Of a stretch of 64,000 nt of DNA, positions 48,635-58,891 are shown one piece after another (position 1 is the first letter of the stretch; every line of letters begins with the position of its first letter). Position numbers and translations under genes: made by a program. The notes under the pieces were generated by a model. That model was not told where the DNA came from. It saw only the letters and a program-made list of their open reading frames with translations, and did no database searches. The stretch comes from Candidatus Bathyarchaeota archaeon (GTDB taxonomy: Archaea > Thermoproteota > Bathyarchaeia > TCS64), in the NCBI GenBank assembly GCA_026014815.1, contig JAOZHP010000110.1, forward strand, positions 1,047-65,046, written 5' to 3'.

Positions 48635-49426
48635 TCACCTTGTCAGTGTTGTACCAATTACTTTTTCCCCGCGGAGAGCAGCTTGGACACGGCCGGGCTC
48701 ACAAGCGTTAAGGAGAATCACGTCCACACCAGCTTTCGCTGCCTCCGAGACCTCCATGATTTTCCCCAGCATTCCACCTGTTACGTCGGTGCTCAATGCC
48801 TCCCCGATCTTAACTTTCCCTGTGACATCGCTAATAGGAAGGACTCTCAGAAGCTCCGCGGTTTCCACGAGCTTCGGGTCAGCAGTATAGACACCGTCCA
48901 CATCGGACCCTAGGATGACTCTTTTAGCATCCAGATATTTCGCCAGTTTAACGATCAGCTGATCCCCTGAGAGTATAGCGAATCGTTGATGAGAGTCCAG
49001 CACAGCGTCCCCATAGAGTACAGGAACCATCCCAGAGTCAAGCAACTTGATAACGATACTCAGGTCTAAGGTGGTGATTCGCTTCTTCTCGGTGACAATA
49101 AAAGATGAGGGAGATACGCTGAATGCAGGGACTCCTGCCGCCAGTAACGCGTCAACGATTATATGGTTGAGTTGAATCATAGCCTGATGAGTCTTGGAGA
49201 ACCCAAGTATCTGATCAGGGCTCTTGTAACCTTCATTGATGCTGAATTTCTTTGCCACAGGATGACCATAACTCCCGCCGCCATGAACTATAACCAGTGA
49301 CTGCGGTGCCGAGGCTGCTATCTCTCTTGCTAGCCTCTCGATGTTCTCGGTGTGGGGCTTGAATGGCTGGTCTTTGTCGGTGACCACGCTTCCCCCTAGC
49401 TTAAGAATCTGCATTCTTTTCCTCAA
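48635..49426 (-). CDS. ipk: Isopentenyl phosphate kinase
   Basis: KLGGSVVTDK, HGGGSYGH, SGD, DVTGGM; mevalonate cluster context. Confidence 0.92.
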   Translation of the reverse strand: MRKRMQILKLGGSVVTDKDQPFKPHTENIERLAREIAASAPQSLVIVHGGGSYGHPVAKKFSINEGYKSPDQILGFSKTHQAMIQLNHIIVDALLAAGVPAFSVSPSSFIVTEKKRITTLDLSIVIKLLDSGMVPVLYGDAVLDSHQRFAILSGDQLIVKLAKYLDAKRVILGSDVDGVYTADPKLVETAELLRVLPISDVTGKVKIGEALSTDVTGGMLGKIMEVSEAAKAGVDVILLNACEPGRVQAALRGEKVIGTTLTR

Positions 49427-50402
49427 TCCTTCTGCTTTCGACGCCTCGATCCGTTAGGGAAACTCGGTATGAGTCGCTCTTTCGTCGCCTGATAGCGCGC
49501 TCAACTTCCGCTAGCTCTGTCTCCTCAGCCAGTGCTATCATGCATCCGCCTCCGCCGGCTCCTGTTAGTTTTGCTCCCAGCGCACCGTTGGCTCTCGCTG
49601 TGTGGCATAGTGTCTCCAGCTTCATTGTGGAGACGCCTATAGAGGACAGGAGCCCGTGGTTAATGTTCATCAGGTCCCCAAGTCGCTTAAGATCCTTTTT
49701 CAGTAACGCGTCAAGTCCCTCCGACGCAATGGAGCCCATGACGTCTATCACGTTATCCATGAGTGCCGGGTTCCTCTCCCTGAGTACAGCAACAGTCTCC
49801 ACCATCTTCTTTGTGGACCGCTTCTTTCTTGTGTTCCCAATGATGAAAGGGATACTCCCCTCGATCTGGTGGTGGTTGAAGCCCTTGCCACGTTCATAAC
49901 TCATGACTCCACCAAAGGTACTGACATTGTTATCCACGCCACTGGGTTTACCATGGATAATCGTCTCACCCTCAAATGCAATATTTGAGATCTCCTCTTT
50001 ACTGAGGTCGCCGTCGAAGAGGCGTTGAACCGCACCTACGGTAGCTACATTAACAGCGGCTGAGCTACCGAGACCCACAGCGATGGGAATCATGGACCTG
50101 ACCTTCAGATTCACACCGCTCTCCACATCAAGACGCTCCATTGTCTTCCGCGTCGACATGTTAAGTGCAGCCAGGTTACGTCCACGCCAAGCCTTACCAC
50201 GAACTGCGTGATACTCGTCGCCCTCAAAGTACCCAGAGAATCCTAGGTTGTCGGCGTCGATGTAGACTTTCTCGTCGTCACGTTTCCCAGCGATTACCTT
50301 TGCCCTACGGTCTATCGCGAGGACCACGGCTGGGCCTCGGTAGACTACGCTGTGCTCCCCGAAAAGAATCATTTTTCCTGGTGCTGTCGCCTCTCCTAGC
50401 AT
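49401..50402 (-). CDS. mvk: Mevalonate kinase
   Basis: PGK.ILFGEH, GLGSSAA, PSGVD, KLTGAGGGG. Confidence 0.95.
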   Translation of the reverse strand: MLGEATAPGKMILFGEHSVVYRGPAVVLAIDRRAKVIAGKRDDEKVYIDADNLGFSGYFEGDEYHAVRGKAWRGRNLAALNMSTRKTMERLDVESGVNLKVRSMIPIAVGLGSSAAVNVATVGAVQRLFDGDLSKEEISNIAFEGETIIHGKPSGVDNNVSTFGGVMSYERGKGFNHHQIEGSIPFIIGNTRKKRSTKKMVETVAVLRERNPALMDNVIDVMGSIASEGLDALLKKDLKRLGDLMNINHGLLSSIGVSTMKLETLCHTARANGALGAKLTGAGGGGCMIALAEETELAEVERAIRRRKSDSYRVSLTDRGVESRRIEEKNADS

Positions 50403-50411
50403 TGTGGTCCC

Positions 50412-51254
50412 TTACTTTGTTACCATGGCTGCGGCGTACCCCACGACCGCACCATAGTCTCCTATAATATCACCACTGGTATAGTAAGAAAGTAACTCTG
50501 ATCCTGCGGCTCCAGCCAGCTTTGAAGCCACCAAAGCGACGGAAACTGGGCCATAACCACACATAGATATCCTGTTTTCTTGCACAACTCTCTGGAGTTT
50601 TCTCTCGTCCATCTCTAGTATCGCGTCGATGACCATCCTGTCCTTCCTGTTCGTTGATTCTTGAGGCTCTTGATGAGACAGGTCGGTCGACGCGATTATC
50701 ACTGTGTTCTTGCCTTGGGTGGCCTTATGCAAGGCTTCTCCTAGAATTGTGCTTGTCTCTAGGTCTTGGTTGCCCATGGATATGGGTACGAGCTTGAAGT
50801 CACCGTAGATGTATTGGAGAAATGGCACATGAACCTCATGGTTGTGCTCCCGTATGAACGCGGTCTCATCGTACTGTATGATATCAGAGTTGTCAGCTAT
50901 CGCTTTGGCGAGGTCACTGTCCAGCTCTACGCTGCCTAGAGGCGTCTCCCAGGCTCCTTCACCCATCATTGAGATGCGGGTGCCCCACCCTGTATGGTTT
51001 GGCCCTAGGATGATTACGGTGTCTGGTTTCTTCTGCTCTGCGAGCGCCAAGTAGCAGTGAGCAGCTCCCGCGCCCGAGTAAACATATCCAGCGTGAGGGC
51101 ATATCGCTGCTAGAATGTTTCTCTCGTCACTGGGTTCAGCGGGTAGTCTCCCTGGACCTAATTTATGCTGAAAACAAGTTACGATCATGGCTTTAAGACG
51201 TTCAGGCTGCGCGGGGTAGAAAGTCCCTGCAACGGCTGGACGCCTGACAGTCAT
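50412..51254 (-). CDS. MEMO1 / AmmeMemoRadiSam protein B
   Basis: PAVAGTFYP, PHAGYVYSG, GPNH, STDLSH, MCG. Confidence 0.92.
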   Translation of the reverse strand: MTVRRPAVAGTFYPAQPERLKAMIVTCFQHKLGPGRLPAEPSDERNILAAICPHAGYVYSGAGAAHCYLALAEQKKPDTVIILGPNHTGWGTRISMMGEGAWETPLGSVELDSDLAKAIADNSDIIQYDETAFIREHNHEVHVPFLQYIYGDFKLVPISMGNQDLETSTILGEALHKATQGKNTVIIASTDLSHQEPQESTNRKDRMVIDAILEMDERKLQRVVQENRISMCGYGPVSVALVASKLAGAAGSELLSYYTSGDIIGDYGAVVGYAAAMVTK

Positions 51255-51262
51255 GATCTCAC

Positions 51263-51874
51263 CTAAAGGGTTGTCTCGAAGTCCTCGATGGATGCCCCGA
51301 ACTCTCCGCTAGTTGGGAGGGTGCCTTTCTCTCTGAGAATCTCTCTGGTCAGGAGCCAGTAGACGATTGCGAGGCTTCTGCGGCCCTTGTTGTTGACGGG
51401 GATCACTAGGTCCACGTCATTGAGGCTATTGTCCGTGCTGCATAGAGCGATTACGGGTACACCGATCTGTCCTGCTTCTTCTACTATCTGCTGGTCTGCG
51501 AGACTGTCCGTCACTATTACAGCTACAGGCTCGAAGAAGTCGGCGTACACAGGGTTCGTGAAGGTTCCGCTGGTGAACCTACCTACATATGATTTGCATC
51601 CTAGTACGTCGCAGAACTTTTCGACGGGGTTTCTTCCATATCTCTTGCTGCTGGCTACAACGATCTTGCTGATGTCCATTCTTGAGATGAACTTGGCTGT
51701 GATCTTTACGCGCTCGTTCATCTGCTCCATGTCGAGGACGAACAATCCGTCTGGCCTTACCTTGTAGATGAAGGGCTCCATGTCCTTGGTCTTGATGCGT
51801 GTCCCGATGTGGACGCCGGCGCTGAGCAGAACTTCCTGTGGTAGGAGTAAGTTATCGTTTACTTCGATTTCCAT
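51263..51874 (-). CDS. rps2: 30S ribosomal protein S2
   Basis: AGVHIGT, GRF..GTFTN, IP.NNKG. Confidence 0.95.
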   Translation of the reverse strand: MEIEVNDNLLLPQEVLLSAGVHIGTRIKTKDMEPFIYKVRPDGLFVLDMEQMNERVKITAKFISRMDISKIVVASSKRYGRNPVEKFCDVLGCKSYVGRFTSGTFTNPVYADFFEPVAVIVTDSLADQQIVEEAGQIGVPVIALCSTDNSLNDVDLVIPVNNKGRRSLAIVYWLLTREILREKGTLPTSGEFGASIEDFETTL

Positions 51875-52104
51875 TATGAATTACCTCCCCTAAGATCGGG
51901 GCTTTCTCTCTCCTCGTGGAACTTTATTACATCATCAATTATCTCTACATGCGATAGGAGCATTCTTCTGCAACAGTACCTGGAAATACCCAAGCTGTCG
52001 AGTACCTCGCCGGGTTTCTCCCCAGCCTCGACGCGTTTATTGAAGTCCTCCCATTTATCGCCTACGACCTTCCCACACGAGAAGCACCGAACAGGGATTA
52101 TCAT
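51874..52104 (-). CDS. rpoN: DNA-directed RNA polymerase subunit N (Rpo10)
   Basis: [12 protein letters not shown]...RYCCRRM. Confidence 0.97.
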   Translation of the reverse strand: MIIPVRCFSCGKVVGDKWEDFNKRVEAGEKPGEVLDSLGISRYCCRRMLLSHVEIIDDVIKFHEERESPDLRGGNS

Positions 52105-52233
52105 ACATTTTTCGCCTATTTTGATTGTTTCGCACAGTATCAGCTTATGCTAACCCGTACGTTCTACCACCTTCAAACCTAGGAGCCTATTTAAAAATAC
52201 TTCTTATTTGAGAAGGATGCTTATTTCTAGTTT

Positions 52234-52965
52234 TCAGCCACCTGAAAAGTAAGTTAGCGTTGAGTTGTAATCAGGGTCACACCCTACCATGTCCATCGTG
52301 TACCTCACCGAGTCTGAGACGTTGAGCCCGTCGCTTACATGCGCCGTTAAGAAGCAGAGGAAGGCATCATCTGTATGGTCTAGGGAGACCGGGCCGTCCC
52401 AACTCACATATGCCTTGGCTTCGTTATCGGTGAATGCACGGGCGAAGTCATCTGTAGAGAGGCCGTCACATCCCATCACAAGTATGGTAGATTCCTTGAA
52501 CATGTTGTTCATGAAGTGGCGTACAAAGTCAGAGCCCACTGCGAATAGGTGATCTGAGGATAGGCTTGGTCGTGCAGGGTGAACCTCGTCTGCGAGTTGC
52601 TCAAGGATGTATTTGTCGCTGCTCGCAGTCTCTCCTGTGAATACCCATACCATGCCGTTGTTCACTGTGCTGTGCACTCGCAGTAGCCATACTTTGTAGT
52701 GATTCTTGTTCCGGCGCAGAAGTTCAACGGTCACGTCCTCACCGATATACGAATCTACACGGTATCCTTTCTCTTCAAATAACGCTATTATCTCGTCGTG
52801 GTACCCTGGGTCTTGCGGGTACAATGGATCAAGGAAGATAACGGCTTTATTGACTTCCCGGTTATCCTTGGTCACGACGTCAAGGTAAGATACTGCTATC
52901 AGGAAAGCCATGAAGACAAGAAATATTTTCCATGACCCCCATGTACGCCTGTTCCTCTGGGCCAA
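52234..52965 (-). CDS. Membrane-anchored hypothetical protein
   Basis: N-terminal TM; RVH and MGC motifs reminiscent of a caspase/gingipain-like fold (weak). Confidence 0.6.
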   Translation of the reverse strand: MAQRNRRTWGSWKIFLVFMAFLIAVSYLDVVTKDNREVNKAVIFLDPLYPQDPGYHDEIIALFEEKGYRVDSYIGEDVTVELLRRNKNHYKVWLLRVHSTVNNGMVWVFTGETASSDKYILEQLADEVHPARPSLSSDHLFAVGSDFVRHFMNNMFKESTILVMGCDGLSTDDFARAFTDNEAKAYVSWDGPVSLDHTDDAFLCFLTAHVSDGLNVSDSVRYTMDMVGCDPDYNSTLTYFSGG

Positions 52966-53077
52966 AACAGTTCAGAGTCTAACAGTCTCGATCAAGGGTT
53001 CAATGTAATGTGCACACATAATCATCTATACGGTCATACTAACGCAATAATTTGGAGAGAATACTAAAAATGCAGGG

Positions 53078-53365
53078 TTACTCCAAGATTTTCACGTTGA
53101 CAGGTCTACCCTTCTCGAAGACAATGCTGAGGCTAGTGAACAAGGTCTCGAAGATGCGTATCTTGCCGTACCGTTTCTCCCTTAGGAGCCCCAGCTCCTT
53201 TAGTTTCATGAGGTGTCGCTCTACGCTGCTGTAGTTGAGTCCAGTGCGTCTGCCTACCTCACTGATATTGAGTTCAGTGCTCTCCGCAAGCACTTGGAGG
53301 ACCCTGATCCTGCCCCTGCTGCCGAGGATCTCCTCTGCCCTTCGGTCGGGTCGTAGCCTACTCAA
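53078..53365 (-). CDS. Small winged-helix protein coupled to cdc6
   Basis: ELNISEVGRRTGLNYSSVERHL..L...GL; likely TTG start overlapping the cdc6 stop. Confidence 0.8.
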   Translation of the reverse strand: MSRLRPDRRAEEILGSRGRIRVLQVLAESTELNISEVGRRTGLNYSSVERHLMKLKELGLLREKRYGKIRIFETLFTSLSIVFEKGRPVNVKILE

Positions 53366-54524
53366 GGATCTCCACCACCGCGTTCTCCAGTTCTTCGGCT
53401 GGCACCTTCTCAAGGCTTATGAGCTGGGTTCGTCCCTGGCTGGATGCCTGAAGCTTTATCTTGACGAAGTCCAAGCTGCTAAGGTTCTTGAGGTACTTCC
53501 AGTACTGGGTGTGCCCCCGTGGTTTCTCGCCTCGCTCCTCACAGACCAGATGGTAGCTGTTCTCTATCTCGCCTGTAGTGGCCTGGGTCACGGTGCTTGA
53601 CTTGAAAAACCGTGCCACAGCTAGGAGTGTCAGCTGCTCGTGGAGGTTTAGCTGCCCCACGGCCTCCCTGTCCAGAACGGGGAAGAGACCTACGGCTACC
53701 TTCCGCACGTGCTCTGGTTGAACCTGCTGGGACCCAACGGCGTTAGCGTTGGCACCTGCCCCGTGGAGAAGGTCTATAGCGTATCTTGCGTCGCTGCGTT
53801 CCTTGACGGCAAGCTCAGAGATGAAGTCCACGATCTCGAGGGGCACCGCGTCCTTCCTGAACGCCCGCTCCACACGGTATAGTAGAATGTCTGTAAGTTG
53901 TCCTCTGTTGTATTCAGGCATCCTGATGACGTTGCGTTGGAGGCTGCTGAGGGTGCTCCTGTCTAGTTTCCTGAAGACCTCGGGGTCCTTGCTGATGCAG
54001 ATGAGGCTTAGCCGCTTGGGTGCCTCAGGCTCAGCCTCGTGGAACCTAGTGAGGTAGTAGAGGGCATCGCTGCCCTCTTTGTCTATTAGTACGTTCACCT
54101 CGTCCAGTGAGAGAAGTATCTGGGCGTTGTCCTCATTCATTATCTGTCTCAGGATCTCCATGAGCTCGTTGGCCGCGTAGCCACGCTCAGGGAACTCTGG
54201 TCTAAGCCGTTTTACTATTCGGCTGAGGATCATGAATAGGCTGCCACGGAGCTCACGGCAGTTCAGGTGGATATATTTGAGGTTCCTCCTTCCCCGGGTG
54301 GCTCGCTCCTCTAGGCGTTTCCCGTAGTACTGGCTCAGGAGGGTTTTTCCGCTTCCGACGCCACCCACTATAACTGCTTTCTGGCTCATCTCGTATGGCG
54401 CGGTCACAAGGTTGTCGAATAGGGTCTCCAGCATCCTGTACTCGGCGTCTCTGTGGAGAATCCTTTCAGGCATGTAGCTGATTTCGAGGATAGCCTCGTC
54501 TGTGAATACATTTCGATGAGCCAA
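53358..54524 (-). CDS. cdc6: Orc1/Cdc6 replication initiator family protein
   Basis: Y.PERILHR, GGVGSGKT, LDE, Y...QL.DIL..R, DAR.AIDL, C-terminal wHTH; likely TTG at 54524. Confidence 0.92.
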   Translation of the reverse strand: MAHRNVFTDEAILEISYMPERILHRDAEYRMLETLFDNLVTAPYEMSQKAVIVGGVGSGKTLLSQYYGKRLEERATRGRRNLKYIHLNCRELRGSLFMILSRIVKRLRPEFPERGYAANELMEILRQIMNEDNAQILLSLDEVNVLIDKEGSDALYYLTRFHEAEPEAPKRLSLICISKDPEVFRKLDRSTLSSLQRNVIRMPEYNRGQLTDILLYRVERAFRKDAVPLEIVDFISELAVKERSDARYAIDLLHGAGANANAVGSQQVQPEHVRKVAVGLFPVLDREAVGQLNLHEQLTLLAVARFFKSSTVTQATTGEIENSYHLVCEERGEKPRGHTQYWKYLKNLSSLDFVKIKLQASSQGRTQLISLEKVPAEELENAVVEILE

Positions 54525-54612
54525 TCTAACCCCTGTCTGATTCTCAGTGGTTATACATTTATGCATTTCGTCTGTTCTAACAAACAAAAAGCGGGGGGGT
54601 GAGTGAAAGTGG

Positions 54613-55656
54613 CTAAGCTTGCTCCTCAAGCACACGGAACAACTCGTCTTGGTCAACGGAGCCAGCGGACCTCACTTTGCCGTCGCCTTGAATTATCAGA
54701 TGTTCTTCTGGATCAGAACTAATCTCACCAATAATTCTTGCATCGACACCTATCTCGTTGATACCGGTAATAACTTTCTCAGCCATCCCGGGTTCAACAA
54801 CGATCAACAAGCTACCCGAACTAAGCAATCTCAATGGATCGATGCCTAACGCCTCGCATATCTGACTGGTCTCATCTGAGATGAGAAGCTTGTCTTCGTT
54901 GAGCTTGAAACCCAGCCCTGAAGCCTCAGATATCTCAAGGAGCCCGTTCAGTACTCCACCCTCGGTGGGTGTGTGAATGCTATTTACTCCACCGATGCTG
55001 CATGCCTTTAACGCCTCAGGAACAACGCTTATCATATCTAGCATCTTTGAGGCACGTTCTAGAGTGGCGTCGTCAACTCTTCCTTGAAGTCGGGTCTTGA
55101 GGTCCTCTGCCAATATGCCTGTGCCTTCGATGGCTACACCCTTCGTGAGGATGATCTTGTCACCGGTTTTTGCCCCTCCTGTAGTGATGCATCTCTCCTT
55201 GGATACTTCCCCTAACATGAAACCAGATACAATGGGCTTGGTCAAGCCAAGGGCTACCTCGGTATGCCCCCCGATAATACTCACCCCGAGTTCCATGCAT
55301 GCCTCATGCATCTCTACCATGATGGTCTCCAACAAGCTCTCATCTGATCCCTCGGGAAGAAGGATGACGCTGAGGAACCACTTGGGTTCGGCGCCTCTCA
55401 CAGCCACATCATTGGCGTTGATATGTACTGTGAGCCATCCTATCCTTGACTCGGCGCCAGTGATTGGGTTGGCTTTAGCTATCAGGATACGATCGTCCAT
55501 ATCTATGAGTGCAGCGTCTTCGCCTACGTGAGGCCCTTTCAGTACTCTATCCGAAGGAGCGCCAAGATGCGTGAATACAAGGCGTTTCAAGACATCTTTG
55601 GGTACTTTTCCAGTAGGAAGACGAGTTAGCTTAGGCATAGCTACCAGCATGATCAA
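54613..55656 (-). CDS. AIR synthase-related (HypE/ThiL-like) protein
   Basis: GEDAA, NANDVA..GA.P, GGHTE, TEGG, SSGSLL. Confidence 0.85.
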   Translation of the reverse strand: MIMLVAMPKLTRLPTGKVPKDVLKRLVFTHLGAPSDRVLKGPHVGEDAALIDMDDRILIAKANPITGAESRIGWLTVHINANDVAVRGAEPKWFLSVILLPEGSDESLLETIMVEMHEACMELGVSIIGGHTEVALGLTKPIVSGFMLGEVSKERCITTGGAKTGDKIILTKGVAIEGTGILAEDLKTRLQGRVDDATLERASKMLDMISVVPEALKACSIGGVNSIHTPTEGGVLNGLLEISEASGLGFKLNEDKLLISDETSQICEALGIDPLRLLSSGSLLIVVEPGMAEKVITGINEIGVDARIIGEISSDPEEHLIIQGDGKVRSAGSVDQDELFRVLEEQA

Positions 55657-55675
55657 TGCTGTACAGGATTTAGGT

Positions 55676-56539
55676 TTATCCGGTTCCTTTGATGCAAGTT
55701 ACCCCCATGACCACGGGGTGATACTCCATCCCATGGAAACCTACCTCACTTAAACGGTTCATGACTCCCTGCTGTAGCCTGACACCCCGATACTTAGAAC
55801 GAGGCTCACCTGTATAATGAAACAACGAGCCACCCGGCTTCAATACTTTGAAAAGTTTCTCATAGAACTCTTTTCCGTACAAGTTCCCTGCCTTTCTATG
55901 GCGAGGAGGGTCATGGATCACGTAGTCAAAAAACTCGTCTGGTAAACCATTAATGACGGTGAAACTATCTCCGAGCATCTTGTGTATCGCTTGATTTGAG
56001 AACAAATCACTGGACCACGGGTTCATCTGGGCTATTCTAAAAACGGATGGCTCTATTTCAATTGTCACAATGACCTCGGCTCCATTGTTCAACGCTTCTA
56101 TTGAGGTGTATCCGAGTCCCATGCAGGTATCCAGAACCTTTCCCCCGTGTAATCCAATGATCTGAAGCTTGGTCTGGGTGTCAATATCAGGCGTTGTATC
56201 TTTTGTCCTATGCATCCTGATTCCGTCTATCTCCAAGGTTGGAGCACCGGCGGTTGGCACAAGTTTATAAAAATGTTTTCCCGCTACAGCGACCTGAAAA
56301 ACGCCTTCCTCTGATATGAAGAATGCTGCGTTCTTTTTTTGCGCCACTTTTCCGAGGGTTTCATGATCGATGAATTCTCCCGTTTCGAATATTACGCCTT
56401 GATTTGTCTGTTTTACGGTTGTTTCGGTTAATCCCAGGTCAGTGGATATTATTGTTTTTCCTTCTATTAGCGCGTTTGCCGTGTCCGCGGTGAGTATGGG
56501 CGGGAGTTTACGTGACATCTCTTGCTTTGTTTCATTCAT
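55676..56539 (-). CDS. Archaeal SAM-dependent methyltransferase
   Basis: PTLEIDGIRMH, VLDTCMGLGYT, HDPPR, FHYTGEP. Confidence 0.85.
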   Translation of the reverse strand: MNETKQEMSRKLPPILTADTANALIEGKTIISTDLGLTETTVKQTNQGVIFETGEFIDHETLGKVAQKKNAAFFISEEGVFQVAVAGKHFYKLVPTAGAPTLEIDGIRMHRTKDTTPDIDTQTKLQIIGLHGGKVLDTCMGLGYTSIEALNNGAEVIVTIEIEPSVFRIAQMNPWSSDLFSNQAIHKMLGDSFTVINGLPDEFFDYVIHDPPRHRKAGNLYGKEFYEKLFKVLKPGGSLFHYTGEPRSKYRGVRLQQGVMNRLSEVGFHGMEYHPVVMGVTCIKGTG

Positions 56540-56753
56540 TTCCCACGTATCTAAAGGTTTTCGAGGGGAAAGACAGTGTAGAGACGGCTTTCTATTCATG
56601 GGATTCCAGTGTTTGAGACTCCGATTTTTACCGGAAAAATGAATCTTCAGAACAGATTGTTAATACATATCGTACCTGTTAACTTGCATTATAGTATCTG
56701 AGTCATTTTAACTACGGACTATCAACTGGGAAAAGTGTTTTCGGAAGCCTTAT

Positions 56754-57056
56754 ATGGAGATTTTTTCCGTTTCCCACCGAATGCCAATGGCATCAGACGA
56801 TAAGCATAACGACCTCAAAAGCATCGTGAAGGACGTAATCGACCAGATCCTGCCTCCCAGCGAAGTCGAGCTGGAAACTATTAAGGCTGAGGTTTGGGGT
56901 GACCTTTCCGCTCTCTACTACAAGTACGAGGACGAGGAGCAGAAGAAAGCATTCAGAGAGGTCATGTACGATATTTGTGAGAGGATAAGTCAGGGGAAAT
57001 GGGAATCGGTGTACCGGAAGCTTTACCGTGTAGAGCAGAGGGAAAAGGTATTCTAG
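56754..57056 (+). CDS. Hypothetical protein
   Basis: ORF of about 90-100 aa; start uncertain. Confidence 0.55.
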   Translation: MEIFSVSHRMPMASDDKHNDLKSIVKDVIDQILPPSEVELETIKAEVWGDLSALYYKYEDEEQKKAFREVMYDICERISQGKWESVYRKLYRVEQREKVF

Positions 57057-57161
57057 TCTCAGTTCGGGGATAACTTCCATTAACACTTATTCTGTCACTT
57101 GAATAGAGTCTTCTCGGTTACACATGTAAAGGTTTAAAAATTAATGAACATAGCTAACTAC

Positions 57162-57220
57162 GGTAAGACTCGGGTATTTCATTGCGTTTCCCTACCATGA
57201 AACGAGTCTTACCACTTTTT
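57162..57220 (+). ncRNA. Candidate small hairpin RNA
   Basis: TTTAAAA at 57133; GGTAAGACTCG/CGAGTCTTACC 11-bp stem, GGTA bulge, TTTCAT/ATGAAA stem, T-tract. Confidence 0.45.
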
Positions 57221-57740
57221 CTCGGTAATTACTGAAGAATGATATGAGTAAATTAAGAAAGTGTAACCACAGAAAATATGGCGTATCATGATCCATGATA
57301 CCAGTGTTTAGTAAAAAACCGACTTAAGTTAGTAGATTGTTTTCCCATGGGGGTATAAGTTTGGATGTTATAATTCTATCATTATTTTTGAGTATAAAAA
57401 AAGGATAAGATGTCGAATGCAGAATAGGGCTCCTCCCCATCTACCTCAGCTTCTTGTTGCATCTTGGGCAACGAGCTGGTGGATTTATGATGAAGGTTCT
57501 CAGCCCTCTTGCAAACCACACATATCCGCACTTTGTACAGATCATAGTTCTGCTCCATTTGGGTAGTCTCATATTTTTCTACCACCACCAAGGGCTTGTA
57601 GCCCTAGACTTCCCAAACAGAGTACTATGATGTATCTATCTGTTAGAAACTACTACAAATAAAGATATCGTTTTCTCCGAATCGTCCTATTTAGATAGGA
57701 TTGTCGTATGGTCATTTTATAAGGAAGAAAGAGGATTTCA

Positions 57741-57833
57741 GGATAGGGCTTCCTGAAAGGTACTGCTCCTTGGAACCCAAGCTAAGACGGCTGGATACCG
57801 CCCTGCTTTGAGGAGCCTTGTACCACCCTATTC
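57741..57833 (+). ncRNA. Candidate ~93-nt rod-shaped RNA
   Basis: TTTATAA at 57716; nested helices GGATAGGG/CCCTATTC, GGTAC/GTACC, GCTCCT/AGGAGC, AAGC/GCTT, CGG/CCG. Confidence 0.45.
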
Positions 57834-57841
57834 TCCTGTCC

Positions 57842-58507
57842 TCATTCCTCCTCGTCGTTCGAGTCTACTTTAATCTGTGATTTTAACAACTCAAGGAAAC
57901 CTTTTGCATATTCGACCCCTTCGATTGTGTAGGGTATTGTTTGGTTATATGGTCCAACTTGTATGTTGATTGACCATCCACCCGCACTTGGTGTGCGGGT
58001 TGGGGTCATTGCAGGTGTATTATCGGGGGCCATAACTGGTTCCTGTGTCTTAGGGAGATGATTTATATCGCCCAGATAGGCTCTCCGCACATTCTCGGCG
58101 TGTTTTTGAGCATCCAAGGGATCCAAACCTGTAATCTTCTGTAATTGCACCCAAAAATTACTTTCAGGTGGATCAGAACCAAAACGGCTATGAAGTTCTT
58201 TCCACAGTGGCACTTTTAAAATTGCATCGGTAATAGCTCTTTCTTTTTCTTCATCTGTGCCATAAGTAAGTGCCTCCGCTAACGATGTTAGTTGAAGGGC
58301 TCTAGGCTCCATTAAACCATATAATCTGAAATCTGCTTTCTTGTACTTCCAAGCACCACTATTAGGAGACTTATGACCACACAGTTGGGCGGCTGCGTCC
58401 TCATTCACAATCTCTTCTAATCTGTATGCTTCATAGAGTTGTTTTAACCAACCGTGCAACTTGGGAAATAGTCTCATTTCCGGTATCGAGTAGCTTCCTA
58501 CTTTCAT
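57842..58507 (-). CDS. Hypothetical protein, probable N-terminal winged-helix
   Basis: 221-aa ORF; AQLCGH...SGAW......RLYGLM helix-turn-helix-like pattern. Confidence 0.7.
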   Translation of the reverse strand: MKVGSYSIPEMRLFPKLHGWLKQLYEAYRLEEIVNEDAAAQLCGHKSPNSGAWKYKKADFRLYGLMEPRALQLTSLAEALTYGTDEEKERAITDAILKVPLWKELHSRFGSDPPESNFWVQLQKITGLDPLDAQKHAENVRRAYLGDINHLPKTQEPVMAPDNTPAMTPTRTPSAGGWSINIQVGPYNQTIPYTIEGVEYAKGFLELLKSQIKVDSNDEEE

Positions 58508-58518
58508 ACTATCACTAC

Positions 58519-58542
58519 CAGTACGGTACGAGTATGGTACTG
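58519..58542. promoter_or_regulatory. Palindromic operator-like site upstream of 57842-58507
   Basis: CAGTAC-GG-TAC-GA-GTA-TG-GTACTG between minus-strand TATA (58552-58558) and the start codon. Confidence 0.4.
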
Positions 58543-58820
58543 TGTACGATACTTAAAACGTTTTTGATCCGTTGACAGTAAATTGGTCAGATTTAGTTAA
58601 CAGACGATAAAGTTGAGGTCGTTTCAAGGGATGAGGATGACGGCTATGAAGAATCGAACCGCAAATGGTACACCTATACATACAGGAGCCTCCTCCCCAA
58701 GCGTGAGAATTCTAGGAAGTTTAAGGAGTCTGGCAAACTAGAATTACTATTTGGTTTAAGAAATTCTGCATAAAGTATATATTGTACTCATATGGTATCA
58801 GCCGTGGAGTGGAGGATCGA

Positions 58821-58890
58821 CCTCCTGGGGTGTAATGGTAGCACAACTGGCCGTGGACCAGTTAGAGTGGGTTCGATCCCCACCAATTTG
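58821..58890 (+). ncRNA. tRNA-like element (GTG anticodon, no acceptor stem)
   Basis: D arm GTGT-AATGGTA-GCAC, ACTGG-CCGTGGA-CCAGT, GTGGG-TTCGATC-CCCAC; acceptor pairs only 2 bp. Confidence 0.7.
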
Positions 58891-58891
58891 A

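Noticed and set aside
46484-52104. rpoN-rps2-MEMO-mvk-ipk-fni-idsA cluster as a novelty
   Set aside because: Well-known conserved archaeal gene cluster
54525-54612. Replication origin (ORB) next to cdc6
   Set aside because: AAACAAAAAGCGGGGGGT resembles an ORB G-string, but there is no TCCA-GAAA core, no repeats and no AT-rich unwinding element; more likely the terminator of the upstream gene
57382-57591. 69-aa ORF with one CxxC
   Set aside because: No recognisable family and a weak start; cannot be supported as a gene
57736-57833. Pistol, hammerhead or HDV ribozyme
   Set aside because: TAGGG/CCCTA pseudoknot potential resembles pistol, but the conserved catalytic-core nucleotides are absent
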